Below, one piece after another: positions 1 through 9,538 of a stretch of DNA of 64,000 nt. Every line of letters begins with the position of its first letter. Position 1 is the first letter of the stretch. The translations under genes were made by a program, and so were the position numbers. This DNA comes from an uncultured SAR116 cluster alpha proteobacterium (GTDB lineage: Bacteria; Pseudomonadota; Alphaproteobacteria; Puniceispirillales; Marisalimonadaceae): contig CACJOU010000004.1 of assembly GCA_902595145.1 (NCBI GenBank), forward strand, positions 7,414-71,413. Direction: 5' to 3'. The notes under the pieces are model-generated. The model did no database searches. It saw only the letters and a list, made by a program, of their open reading frames with translations, and was not told the origin of the DNA.

Positions 1-53
1 TAAGAAATAAAGTTCTGAGTTCTTACAAAGATATTATGAATATGCCCGTTTAA
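1..53 (+). CDS. fliE: Flagellar hook-basal body protein FliE, 3' end (partial)
   Basis: Not in the ORF track. From nt 3 it reads RNKVLSSYKDIMNMPV*, the typical FliE C-terminus, and lies directly upstream of fliF. Confidence 0.9.
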   Translation, partial: RNKVLSSYKDIMNMPV

Positions 54-76
54 TTTAAAAGTGTTAGGAAAAAATT

Positions 77-1789
77 ATGGCAGAAGCAACAACAGGAAAT
101 GATTTAACAGGTGTAACCCAAAATACTGGTATTATAAGTAGGATTTCCACATCAATTTCAAATGTAAGAAGAATGACAGCAGATCCAGCTGTACAAAAAT
201 CTATTCCATTGATGTTTGGAATAATAGTTGCTTTTGCTGGGCTAGTAGTATTTTTTTCTATGCAAAAATCAGATATGACAACACTTTTTGCATCACTTCC
301 AGAAAATGAGAAAGCTTTAGTAGTTCAAACTTTGAAGCAGAATGGTGTTAACGCATCACTCAATCCAGCCACTGGAGAAGTTGTTGTTCCTGTTAAAGAT
401 TATCATGAATCTAGAATGTTGCTTGCGGGTGAAGGGCTACCATCTTCAGTTCCTGATGGATATGACAGTTTAGGTGATATGCCAATGGGAACAAGTAGAT
501 CTGTTGAAGCAATTAAAATTAAACAATCTTTGGAAGCAGAGTTAGCACGATCAGTCAATCACATATCTGGAGTAAGTTCTGCAAGAGTCCACTTAGCTAT
601 TCCTGAAAAAACAGTATTTGCAAGAGAAATAGCTCTTCCTTCAGCTTCTGTATTTGTTAAATTAGCTAATGGTAGATCTCTTGGAAGGCAGCAAGTACAG
701 TCAATAGTTCATCTTGTTGCTTCTTCAGTTCCAAATTTGCCATCAGAAAACATAACTGTGGTTGATCAATTTGGTGAACTTTTATCAAAACCATCAAACG
801 ATGCCTCTGCTTCAATTTCTAGTGAACAAATGTCACAGACAATGAGGCTAGGCGAAATATATAAATCTAGAATTATTTCATTACTTACGCCTATGGTGGG
901 AGCAGGTAATTTAAAAGCTGAAATAAATGTAGATATGAATTTTACTCAAAAAGAAATCACAGAAGAATCCGTAGATCCTAAAGGTAATGCACTTAGAAGT
1001 GAACAAAGTTCATTAGATGAGAGCGCTAATCCTGAAGCTAGAGGTATTCCAGGAGCTTTGTCAAATGCTCCTCCTCTAGCCCCCGATTTAAAAACAGAAG
1101 CTCCTGAAGGTCAAGGTGCTGGTAATACTCTTAAACAAAGAAGTCAAACATCTGTTAAAAATTATGAGGTCAGTAGAAAAGTTGAAACTACTAAGGCTCA
1201 ATATGGAGAAATAAAAAAAATTAAGGCAGCTGTGATTATTCGTGAAAAGAAAATAATCTCTCCTGAAGGCATTGAAACATTTGAAAAAATTAGTGATGAA
1301 AAATTGTTAGAAATAAAATCTCTTGTCCAAGAAGCCCTTGGTTATGATGAAGCAAGAGGAGATAGTGTTACAGTTACAAGTAGTCCATTCGTAGATATTT
1401 TAGAAGCAGAAGCAGCTCCATGGTATGAAAATACATCTGTAAAGGAACTCCTTAAACAATTAACAACAGTATTAATTTTAGCAATTGTTATATTTGGAGC
1501 ATTTCTTCCTATATTAAAAAGAGTTCTTGTTCCTGCTGGATACTCATCTGGTCCTGGCGTGATGGCTTCTGATGCAGAAGATGACGAAGACGATAAAATC
1601 GAAGTTCAAGAAGGTGAATCTCTTGAAGATATAAAAGCAAAGTTGAAACCTAAAAAGGCAGCTATATCAGCTGAGATGTTAGATACAGCTAATACATATG
1701 ATGATAAAGTCGCTGTAATTCGAATGATAGTTGGCGATGAGGCAGCTAGGGTTTCCAGCGTCTTTAAAAATATGATGGAAAAAGAATAA
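77..1789 (+). CDS. fliF: Flagellar MS-ring protein FliF
   Basis: 570 aa with two TM segments, ARVHLAIP and SASVFV motifs, NYEVSR and RGDSVTV. Confidence 0.97.
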   Translation: MAEATTGNDLTGVTQNTGIISRISTSISNVRRMTADPAVQKSIPLMFGIIVAFAGLVVFFSMQKSDMTTLFASLPENEKALVVQTLKQNGVNASLNPATGEVVVPVKDYHESRMLLAGEGLPSSVPDGYDSLGDMPMGTSRSVEAIKIKQSLEAELARSVNHISGVSSARVHLAIPEKTVFAREIALPSASVFVKLANGRSLGRQQVQSIVHLVASSVPNLPSENITVVDQFGELLSKPSNDASASISSEQMSQTMRLGEIYKSRIISLLTPMVGAGNLKAEINVDMNFTQKEITEESVDPKGNALRSEQSSLDESANPEARGIPGALSNAPPLAPDLKTEAPEGQGAGNTLKQRSQTSVKNYEVSRKVETTKAQYGEIKKIKAAVIIREKKIISPEGIETFEKISDEKLLEIKSLVQEALGYDEARGDSVTVTSSPFVDILEAEAAPWYENTSVKELLKQLTTVLILAIVIFGAFLPILKRVLVPAGYSSGPGVMASDAEDDEDDKIEVQEGESLEDIKAKLKPKKAAISAEMLDTANTYDDKVAVIRMIVGDEAARVSSVFKNMMEKE

Positions 1790-1810
1790 GGCAGAGAGTA
1801 GGATAATAAA

Positions 1811-2848
1811 ATGGCAGAAGCAGAAAAAAAACCAAATGCTGATGAGATTTATGAGGGTCTAACAGGTACTCAAAAATGTGCAATTCTAATGATGTTGATT
1901 GGTGAAGATGAAGCCGCAGAAATAATGGGCAATCTCTCACCTAAAGAGGTTCAAGTTCTCGGATCTGCTATGTATTCTGTTCAAGGTTTGGGTCAAGACA
2001 CTGTCAATTTAGTCTTAGATGAATTTTTAGCAATTATTAAGGCACAAACAAGTCTAGGTATATCAGGAGGTGGTTATATTAAAAATGTTCTAACCAAATC
2101 ACTGGGTGAAGATAAAGCGCAAACTGTTTTAGGAAAAATAACTCCGTCAGATAGTAACAAAGCAATAGAAATACTTGACTGGCTCGATGCTAGATCAGTA
2201 GCAGACTTGATAATTGATGAACATCCTCAAATAATAGCATTAATTATTTCTTACTTAGATCCTTCTATGGCATCAGACGTTTTGACATTTATGCCAGACA
2301 ATAGTCAATCAGATATAATTAGGAGAATAGCAACATTAGAAACAGTTCAACCAGAAGCATTAAAAGAATTAGATAGAGTAATGCAAAAAGTTTTTTCTTC
2401 TAATGCAAGTTTAAGAGCTAGTAAAGTAGGTGGTGTTCCTGCAGCAGCTAAAATCATGAATTTTTTAAAACAAGATGTTGAAGGAAAAATAATGAAAGAT
2501 ATCCTTAAAGATGACAAGCAACTAATGCAAGATATTCAAGATAGTATGTTTGTGTTTGAGACATTATTGTTATCTGATGATAAATCACTTCAAACACTTC
2601 TTCGTGCCGTAGAAGATGATTTAATTATATTAGCCCTTAAAGGCGCAGATGAGGATTTAAAAACAAAATTATTTGGATGTATGTCACAACGTGCAGCAGC
2701 AAACATCCAAGATGAAATGGAAGCACTTGGCCCAGTAAGATTGACAGAAGTTCAAGATGCACAAAAGCAGATAATAGCTGTAGCAAGAAGAATGTCCGAT
2801 GAAGGTGCAATAGTGTTGGCAGGTCGTGGTGGCGATGATTATGTATAA
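1811..2848 (+). CDS. fliG: Flagellar motor switch protein FliG
   Basis: EHPQ and MFVF motifs; C-terminal MSQRAA..DEME..VRLTEV torque helix. Confidence 0.97.
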   Translation: MAEAEKKPNADEIYEGLTGTQKCAILMMLIGEDEAAEIMGNLSPKEVQVLGSAMYSVQGLGQDTVNLVLDEFLAIIKAQTSLGISGGGYIKNVLTKSLGEDKAQTVLGKITPSDSNKAIEILDWLDARSVADLIIDEHPQIIALIISYLDPSMASDVLTFMPDNSQSDIIRRIATLETVQPEALKELDRVMQKVFSSNASLRASKVGGVPAAAKIMNFLKQDVEGKIMKDILKDDKQLMQDIQDSMFVFETLLLSDDKSLQTLLRAVEDDLIILALKGADEDLKTKLFGCMSQRAAANIQDEMEALGPVRLTEVQDAQKQIIAVARRMSDEGAIVLAGRGGDDYV

Positions 2849-2862
2849 TTTGTTTTAATATT

Positions 2863-3894
2863 ATGAATTTAGCTATGAATCAAGATCAGGAAAATCACGA
2901 TACTCAAAACATTGTACCTTTAGGTAGTGATGAAATTAGATCTATTTTAAAGTCTCAATCTGAGTCTGTTTTTGAGGATAAAAATATTACAAATAATTCT
3001 AATTTTGTAAAAAAAACATTAATTGATATAGCTCTTGATTTTGAATCTAAACAAAATATTAAGGAAAATGAAATAATCGATGACGCATCAGAAATTAATA
3101 AGAATTTAAGCGAAGAAAGTGATGTTCCTAGCGACGAACATAATACTGAACAGGCAATGCAAGTCGAAAATAAAGAGAGTGATAATACAAAAGATATTCA
3201 AGCTGAAACAGAGCAACCTAATAATGAAGTAGATTTAAATGCCAATAGTGATACAAAAATAAATGAAACTACAGAAGATATACAATCCGAAAAATTGGCA
3301 CAAGATTTAAGTCATACAGATATTGCAAGTGATACCCAAAAACAACAAGAAGAAATTAAAGCTGATACAAAGGCTGGTGAAATTATAAAAACTGATAAGG
3401 AAACACAACAAGCATTGGATTCTGTTAGAGATGCTGTTTCTCAATCAATGAATAAAAGTGGGGATGAAAATACTGAAAATCTAGAAGAAAGCAACGAATT
3501 ATTAAATAATGAATCAGATACAATTAGCAATGATCTTGAAGATTTTAAAAATATTTTATCATCACTTCCAACCTTAGCTGAGGAAGCAATATATGAAATA
3601 TTTCAAAATAAAATTCTTGAAATTTCCTATGACCTTGCAGGCTATCAAATAGATAAAATGCCAGAAAAATATGAAAAGAAAATTAAATCATTTCTAAAAA
3701 ATATAAATTGCTATCAAGATAAAATTACAGTTGAGATTAATGATAAAGATTTTGAAGCACTTTCAAAAATAAAAAACTTTAACAAAAATGAAGATAAAAA
3801 AATCTTTATATCAAATAAAGAACTTTCAAGAGGTGACATAATCTTAAATTGTGATGGAATGCGTTATTCGGAAAAAAGCAATTATAGTGGTTAA
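2863..3894 (+). CDS. fliH: FliH-like flagellar export protein (atypical, long acidic low-complexity region)
   Basis: Sits between fliG and fliI; the C-terminal ELSRGDIILNCDG resembles the end of the FliH domain; no GxxxG repeats visible. Confidence 0.65.
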   Translation: MNLAMNQDQENHDTQNIVPLGSDEIRSILKSQSESVFEDKNITNNSNFVKKTLIDIALDFESKQNIKENEIIDDASEINKNLSEESDVPSDEHNTEQAMQVENKESDNTKDIQAETEQPNNEVDLNANSDTKINETTEDIQSEKLAQDLSHTDIASDTQKQQEEIKADTKAGEIIKTDKETQQALDSVRDAVSQSMNKSGDENTENLEESNELLNNESDTISNDLEDFKNILSSLPTLAEEAIYEIFQNKILEISYDLAGYQIDKMPEKYEKKIKSFLKNINCYQDKITVEINDKDFEALSKIKNFNKNEDKKIFISNKELSRGDIILNCDGMRYSEKSNYSG

Positions 3895-3912
3895 CAATAT
3901 TGGAAGTAGTTT

Positions 3913-5232
3913 ATGAATTTTGAGACAAAACTAATTGATAATATATCCCAAATAAAAAGACCTAAATTAATCTTTAGTTCGGGAAGAGTTAATCATTTTG
4001 ATGGTAATATTATTTACTGCGATCCTTTTCCAGCTCCTATAGGAAGTCTTTGTGTTGTAAAAGATCAAATGGGTAAAGAAATCTTAGCAGAAGTTATTCG
4101 TTTTAACGAAAAGCATAACATGCTTGCTATATTAGAACATTCTTCACATATAGTTTCTGGATGTGAGGTATCATTGCAAGATGATGGAAGATATATAGAG
4201 GTAGATGATACTTTGCTGGGAAGAGTAACTGATGCTTATGGGAAACCATTAGATGAAAAACCCTTAGGAAAAATAAAAAATAAATGGCCTCTTATGGGTA
4301 AAGTCATGAATCCTCTAAAAAGAAGTTTAATCAAAAAACCATTAGATGTAGGGGTAAGAATTATAAATGCTTTATTAACTGTAGGTCAAGGTCAAAGGCT
4401 TGGTATCATTGCTGGTTCAGGAGTTGGCAAATCAGTGTTGTTGGGAATGATGAGCAAATATACCGAGGCTGATGTGGTTGTAATTGCCTTAATTGGTGAA
4501 CGAGCTAGAGAAGTTGGAACAATGGTTAATGAATTGTTTAAAGATAACTCAGCTCAAAAAATTACTGTAGTTGCTGTGCCAGCGGATAGATCGCCATTAA
4601 TGAGAATTAGGGGGGCCAATAGAGCCACGGCTATAGCAGAATATTTTAGAGATCAAGGTAAAAATGTATTACTAATAATGGATAGTTTAACTAGAATTGC
4701 ACATGCTAAAAGAGAAATAGGATTGTCATTAGGTGAAGCAGCTACCTCTAAAGGTTATCCTCCATCAGTCATTTCTATGATCCCTAATCTAATAGAAAGG
4801 ACAGGAACGAGTGATCAAGGAGATGGCAGTATTACTTCATTTTATACAATTTTAGCAGATGGAGATGACAACAATGATCCAGTTGTTGATACATCAAGAG
4901 CAATACTTGATGGTCATATCGTACTTAGCAGATTAAATGCACAAATGGGTATTTATCCAGCAGTTGATATCCCAAATTCAATTAGTAGAGTTATGAATGA
5001 TCTAATTGCGGATGATCATTCGAATGCTTCAAAACTTTTTAGAAAACATGTAAGTTCTTACATAGAAAATAAGGACTTATTATTAATGGGGGGGTATACT
5101 CACGGACAAGACAAAGATCTTGATGATGCCATTGCTATGTGGCCAAAGATAATTGATTTTATATCACAGAGCGGTTCTGAAAAAGCAAACTTTGAAAATT
5201 CAAGAATGTCATTACTAAAATTGTATGAATAG
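3913..5232 (+). CDS. fliI: Flagellar export ATPase FliI
   Basis: Walker A GSGVGKS, IGERAREV, DSLTR, LDGHIVLSR, YPAVDI. Confidence 0.96.
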   Translation: MNFETKLIDNISQIKRPKLIFSSGRVNHFDGNIIYCDPFPAPIGSLCVVKDQMGKEILAEVIRFNEKHNMLAILEHSSHIVSGCEVSLQDDGRYIEVDDTLLGRVTDAYGKPLDEKPLGKIKNKWPLMGKVMNPLKRSLIKKPLDVGVRIINALLTVGQGQRLGIIAGSGVGKSVLLGMMSKYTEADVVVIALIGERAREVGTMVNELFKDNSAQKITVVAVPADRSPLMRIRGANRATAIAEYFRDQGKNVLLIMDSLTRIAHAKREIGLSLGEAATSKGYPPSVISMIPNLIERTGTSDQGDGSITSFYTILADGDDNNDPVVDTSRAILDGHIVLSRLNAQMGIYPAVDIPNSISRVMNDLIADDHSNASKLFRKHVSSYIENKDLLLMGGYTHGQDKDLDDAIAMWPKIIDFISQSGSEKANFENSRMSLLKLYE

Positions 5233-5241
5233 GTAAGATAG

Positions 5242-5634
5242 TTGCGAAAAAAAATTAAAAGATTTCAGAGACTTGCTACAGTTAGAAAAAAAGACGTTTC
5301 AAAAGAAATTAATAATTCTAACTTAGTTCAAAATGAAATTACTAAAAATGAAAGTTTAATCGATCAGATAAATATAATCATGGAAAGTAGTAAAAATAAT
5401 TCTTCAACTAAAATAATTAATTCAGGATTTTTTAAAAATAATGCTCAACTATTAACTACGCTTCAAAGTCAAAAAAATATTGCATCAAATAGAAACAAAT
5501 ATTTACGTTCTGAAAAAGAGATAATAAGAAAAAAAATCATTGAGAACACTTTAAAAAAAATTAAAGCTGAAGAAAAAGCTAAAGAGTATAAAAGACTTTA
5601 TACTAGTGAATTAGAAAACAAAAATTATCAATAA
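5242..5634 (+). CDS. fliJ: Flagellar export chaperone FliJ-like
   Basis: 130-aa helical/coiled-coil protein between fliI and fliK; TTG start; called mainly by position. Confidence 0.65.
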   Translation: MRKKIKRFQRLATVRKKDVSKEINNSNLVQNEITKNESLIDQINIIMESSKNNSSTKIINSGFFKNNAQLLTTLQSQKNIASNRNKYLRSEKEIIRKKIIENTLKKIKAEEKAKEYKRLYTSELENKNYQ

Positions 5635-5662
5635 AGTATTTTTGAATTACATATTTTAATAA

Positions 5663-5678
5663 TGGCATTGTATTTGCA
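5663..5678 (+). promoter_or_regulatory. sigma54 (RpoN) -24/-12 promoter for fliKLMN
   Basis: TGGCATTGTATTTGCA: GG at 5664-5665 and GC at 5676-5677 (GG-N10-GC), in the fliJ-fliK gap. Confidence 0.85.
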
Positions 5679-5692
5679 CATATATTAAAAAT

Positions 5693-7066
5693 GTGGAATT
5701 TGAGATGAAAATTACAAATGATGTAAATAACAATTCTGACTTTTTGTCTGTTTCAAATAAAGGAGAAAAAAACACTTCTTTAATGGGATCATTGTTTTCA
5801 ATAAACTTTAATAGTAATGAAGTAAAATCAAATAATGTTTCAGATGATTTTGAATTTATTTTTAAAGAAGAAGACATAGAAATTATTAATTATTTATCAA
5901 ATATTCTTCCTAACTTAAACTTTAATAATTTAGGTTTAGCTGATTTCCAAAAAATCAAAAGTGAGATTGTGTCAGATCAAAATATTAAAACTGAAGTAAA
6001 AGATAAATTATTGAGTTTTTTAGATACAGCAAAGGGTCTTAATAAAAATTTCTTGATTAAGTTACCTGAATACCAAAAACTAAAAGCATTAAATAATAAA
6101 AGTATTGTTAATAATAAAATTGATCCTAGAATTAAAAAAGAAAGTTCAAACGCTTTACCATCTGTTTTAAAAAATATTGAACATTCTATTGATCAAAGTA
6201 AACAAAAATCTACTAAATCAAATATTATAAATAAAAACACCGGTGACATAAAGTTTGAAAACAATTTAGAAAATCAAACAAGTTTAAATTCTAATAATAA
6301 AAAGTTTAATTTTGTTAAAAAAATTAACAAAAATGATCACCCTAATAAATTATATAAAATATCAAATTCTAATTCTTTTAAATATAAAGAAAAATTAGAT
6401 CCACCGTCATTATTAGATTCAAAAGTTTCTAACAATACAAATTTGCACTATATCAATAATCAATTTGGTGATGAATTTAATAAGAATAAGATGAATGAAA
6501 TTAAAGCTAACGAAAAAGTATTTAACATTCAAAACTCTAATGGTTCTAACACCAAGGGAAATCAATTTTCTCAGCAAAATAGCACTTCATTTGCAAGTAC
6601 TGGAATGAATTCTATCTTAGAAGGGGTATTAGATACTCTTGATTTAAGTCAAAAAGGTTGGACTACAAAACTTGTTTCTAGAATAGAAAATGCTCTAGAA
6701 AATGGTGGTGAAGAAATTGAGATTAACCTCAAACCAAAAAATTTAGGAAGATTAAAAGTATCCATAAGTTTAAAAAATGGAACAGGTAACGTAAAAATAA
6801 TTACAGAAAATACATTTGTTACAAATGCATTAACTTTAAATGAACACCATCTACAAAAACTTTTTAATGATCAAGGAATTAATTTAGAATTTTCAGCTCA
6901 TGAAGATACAAAATATTTTGGCTCAAAACATAGTTTTAACAAAAATTCAAATAATAATGATCAAAATAATTTTCAAAAGTCTGAAAATGAAAAAGAAAAA
7001 CAAAATACGATAACAGGTTTAGATGATAATGTTTCATCTAGACATATTGTAAACGTAATAGCATAA
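5693..7066 (+). CDS. fliK: Flagellar hook-length control protein FliK
   Basis: Low-complexity N-terminus plus C-terminal EIEINLKPKNLGRLKVSI...LQKLFNDQGI (Flg_hook domain). The true start may be ATG 5705. Confidence 0.85.
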   Translation: MEFEMKITNDVNNNSDFLSVSNKGEKNTSLMGSLFSINFNSNEVKSNNVSDDFEFIFKEEDIEIINYLSNILPNLNFNNLGLADFQKIKSEIVSDQNIKTEVKDKLLSFLDTAKGLNKNFLIKLPEYQKLKALNNKSIVNNKIDPRIKKESSNALPSVLKNIEHSIDQSKQKSTKSNIINKNTGDIKFENNLENQTSLNSNNKKFNFVKKINKNDHPNKLYKISNSNSFKYKEKLDPPSLLDSKVSNNTNLHYINNQFGDEFNKNKMNEIKANEKVFNIQNSNGSNTKGNQFSQQNSTSFASTGMNSILEGVLDTLDLSQKGWTTKLVSRIENALENGGEEIEINLKPKNLGRLKVSISLKNGTGNVKIITENTFVTNALTLNEHHLQKLFNDQGINLEFSAHEDTKYFGSKHSFNKNSNNNDQNNFQKSENEKEKQNTITGLDDNVSSRHIVNVIA

Positions 7067-7091
7067 TTAATAACTGAGTAGTGAGAAAAAA

Positions 7092-7691
7092 ATGGCAGAA
7101 GAAGTAGAAGAAGAACCAAAAAAAAGTAATTTGTTAAAAATAATTATTTTTGTAGTAGGCGGCATTTTGCTAATAGCTGTTGGTCTAGGAATTGGTTATT
7201 TCTTATTTGGAGGTGAGCCTGATCCGGATCCGTCTGCAGAAGTTAATCAAATCATTGAAGGTAAAGAAGCTGAAAAGAAAAAACCCGAAGATGCTGACAA
7301 TAAAGAAGGTGAAGAGGTAGGTGAAGATGGCATGATCAAAAAGAATGTTAAAGCCATTCCAGAAGTTGATACTTATGAAACTACTTATTTTGAATTTCCA
7401 GGAGACTTTACAACTAATTTAAAAGGCAGTAGAAAATTTTTACAAGTAAGCGTAGGAGTATCTACACAGTATGACGAACAGGTAATGGAGGTGGTTGACT
7501 CTCATCAACTAGCATTACGTTCTGAAATTCTTTCAACTATAAGTGATTTTACCGAGGAAGATATTTCTGGAAGTGAGGGTAAGAAAAAATTAGCAGAAAG
7601 ATTAATAGTAGTTCTGAATAAAAAATTAGAATCTTTTGATGAATTCCCAGGTATAGAAGATGTATACTTTACTGCATTCATTTTACAATAA
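7092..7691 (+). CDS. fliL: Flagellar basal body-associated protein FliL
   Basis: N-terminal TM, FTTNL..RKFLQV, C-terminal IEDVYFTAFILQ. Confidence 0.93.
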   Translation: MAEEVEEEPKKSNLLKIIIFVVGGILLIAVGLGIGYFLFGGEPDPDPSAEVNQIIEGKEAEKKKPEDADNKEGEEVGEDGMIKKNVKAIPEVDTYETTYFEFPGDFTTNLKGSRKFLQVSVGVSTQYDEQVMEVVDSHQLALRSEILSTISDFTEEDISGSEGKKKLAERLIVVLNKKLESFDEFPGIEDVYFTAFILQ

Positions 7692-7709
7692 GTAAGGATT
7701 TATAAATTA

Positions 7710-8678
7710 ATGTCTAATACATCTAGAAAATTATCTTCTGATGAAGTGTCAGCTTTAATGGAAGGACTGCAATCTGGTGAAATTACAGCAAACTCAGGAT
7801 TGAATAATGATGTTGAAGTAACAGATTTTACATTTGGTTCTGATAACTTAGAACTTCTTGGTGATTACTATGCTTTAAGGTTAATTAATGAGAGATTTGC
7901 TCGATTAGTAAGAAGTATATTTTTACCTATGATAAGGTTGCAGCCAAAAATCAACCCATTTCCTCCAGAAGTAAAAACATATGATGAATATAGTGCTGGT
8001 CTAAATAGTTTTATGAGCTTAAATACAAGTAGAATTGATGAACTTAGAGGATCAATGTTACTTGTACTTGAACCATCTTTTATCAGTGTTTTAACAAATT
8101 GTTATTATGGTGGTAAGTTAGCTAATTTTCCCACAGCGAAGGCAGAGTTCACTGCTACTGAAGATAGAATAATTGAAATAGTATCAGACGGAATTACCCA
8201 ATGCCTTGAAAATGCTTGGAAAGATCTTATGCCAATAAGTATAAAGCATCAAAGTAGAGAAATTAATCCACAATTTGCAACTTTAGTTGAATCGTCAGAT
8301 TCAGTAATTATTTGTTCTTTTGTGGTTCAACTTCCAAATGTAGATTCAGCTTCATTTGATATAATTTATCCTTTACAAACTTTAAAACCAATTGCTTCTT
8401 TATTACGTTCAAGAGTTCAAAGTGATGTAATTAATGACGATATAAGCTGGAGAGAGCGCTTAGAAAAATCGGTTTTGAATATTCCACTACCTGTATCAGC
8501 AATTTTGAGTGAACCATCTGTTTCATTATCTAATCTCGTTCAATTTAAAGAAGGAGACGTTATGAATTTACCCCCAGTTGATGGAGTAGATTTTTTTGTT
8601 AATGATAAAATTTTATTTAAAGCAGAAATTGGTGAAACAAATGGCCAAGTAGCAGTCAGTTTAAAAAATAGATTATAA
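7710..8678 (+). CDS. fliM: Flagellar motor switch protein FliM
   Basis: N-terminal LSSDEVSAL (CheY-binding-like), INERFAR, YYGG, EFTATE, C-terminal SpoA domain. Confidence 0.95.
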   Translation: MSNTSRKLSSDEVSALMEGLQSGEITANSGLNNDVEVTDFTFGSDNLELLGDYYALRLINERFARLVRSIFLPMIRLQPKINPFPPEVKTYDEYSAGLNSFMSLNTSRIDELRGSMLLVLEPSFISVLTNCYYGGKLANFPTAKAEFTATEDRIIEIVSDGITQCLENAWKDLMPISIKHQSREINPQFATLVESSDSVIICSFVVQLPNVDSASFDIIYPLQTLKPIASLLRSRVQSDVINDDISWRERLEKSVLNIPLPVSAILSEPSVSLSNLVQFKEGDVMNLPPVDGVDFFVNDKILFKAEIGETNGQVAVSLKNRL

Positions 8679-8696
8679 ATATTGAGGAGTAATTTA

Positions 8697-9011
8697 ATGG
8701 CAGAAAATGAAGCTGAAGCCCAAGTTGAAGAAACAGTAACAGATAAAACTGGACTAGATAATCTCAAGGTCCTAGAAAATATTGAAGTAAAACTTACTGT
8801 TGAAGTTGGTTCAACTGAACTTAAGATAAGAGACCTTTTAAGACTGAATGAAGGATCTGTCGTAGAACTAGAAAGATTAGCAGGTGATCCATTAGATATT
8901 TTAGCAAATGGGGTTAAAATTGCTAAAGGAGAAGTGGTTATGGTTGGTGAAAGATTCGGCATAAGATTCACAGAGGTTACAAACCCAGAAAATCGAGTGC
9001 AAAAACTATAA
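8697..9011 (+). CDS. fliN: Flagellar motor switch protein FliN
   Basis: IEVKLTVEVG..LLRLNEGSVVEL..GEVVMVGERFGIR; ATG 8697 follows a GAGGAG RBS. Confidence 0.96.
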   Translation: MAENEAEAQVEETVTDKTGLDNLKVLENIEVKLTVEVGSTELKIRDLLRLNEGSVVELERLAGDPLDILANGVKIAKGEVVMVGERFGIRFTEVTNPENRVQKL

Positions 9012-9076
9012 TTTACAAAAAATTGACAAAAAAATTAATTCATTAAAAACAATGACTTAATACAGAAATCTGTTGA

Positions 9077-9092
9077 TGGCATATTTCTTGCT
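9077..9092 (+). promoter_or_regulatory. sigma54 (RpoN) -24/-12 promoter for fliOPQR-flhB
   Basis: TGGCATATTTCTTGCT: GG at 9078-9079 and GC at 9090-9091, about 30 nt upstream of the fliO ATG. Confidence 0.87.
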
Positions 9093-9121
9093 TCCTTATA
9101 TAAAAAATAAGGAAAGTTTAA

Positions 9122-9538
9122 ATGTCACAGTCAGTTCCAGATTTTACCACGGTTATTGTTGTAATTTCATTTTTATTAGTTTTAGGTTTTGTTGCTGTTA
9201 TTGTTAAGAAAAAAAGTGGACATCTAAAAAAAATCATTAAAAAAGAAAATAGTTTTGATGTTGTGCATCAGATGCCTCTTAATAATGGTTTCCTAGCTTA
9301 TGTTTTTAAAGTTGATGAAGAAAAATTTTTCTTTGTAGGTCATAAGTCTGGCAGGGGATCGCTAACACAAATTGATCAACCTAAACTTAAAACAAGCAAT
9401 TCAAATAGCAAAGCTTCTGAACAGTTATCAATTAAAAACACTCCTGTAAAAGAAAAAGCTAAAATTTCTAAACCTCTTCAACATGTAAATATCTCTGATT
9501 TATTAACAGCTCATAAAAAAGGTAATGAAAATGCGTAG
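9122..9538 (+). CDS. fliO: Flagellar biosynthesis protein FliO-like
   Basis: N-terminal TM followed by a beta-rich segment (FDVVHQMPL..LAYVFKVDEEKFFFVG); lies between fliN and fliP. Confidence 0.75.
   Translation: MSQSVPDFTTVIVVISFLLVLGFVAVIVKKKSGHLKKIIKKENSFDVVHQMPLNNGFLAYVFKVDEEKFFFVGHKSGRGSLTQIDQPKLKTSNSNSKASEQLSIKNTPVKEKAKISKPLQHVNISDLLTAHKKGNENA

Noticed and set aside
5693-6600. Asn/Lys-rich N-terminal two-thirds of FliK as a possible novel domain or repeat
   Set aside because: FliK N-termini are normally poorly conserved low-complexity rulers, AT bias explains the composition, and no discrete repeat unit is visible.
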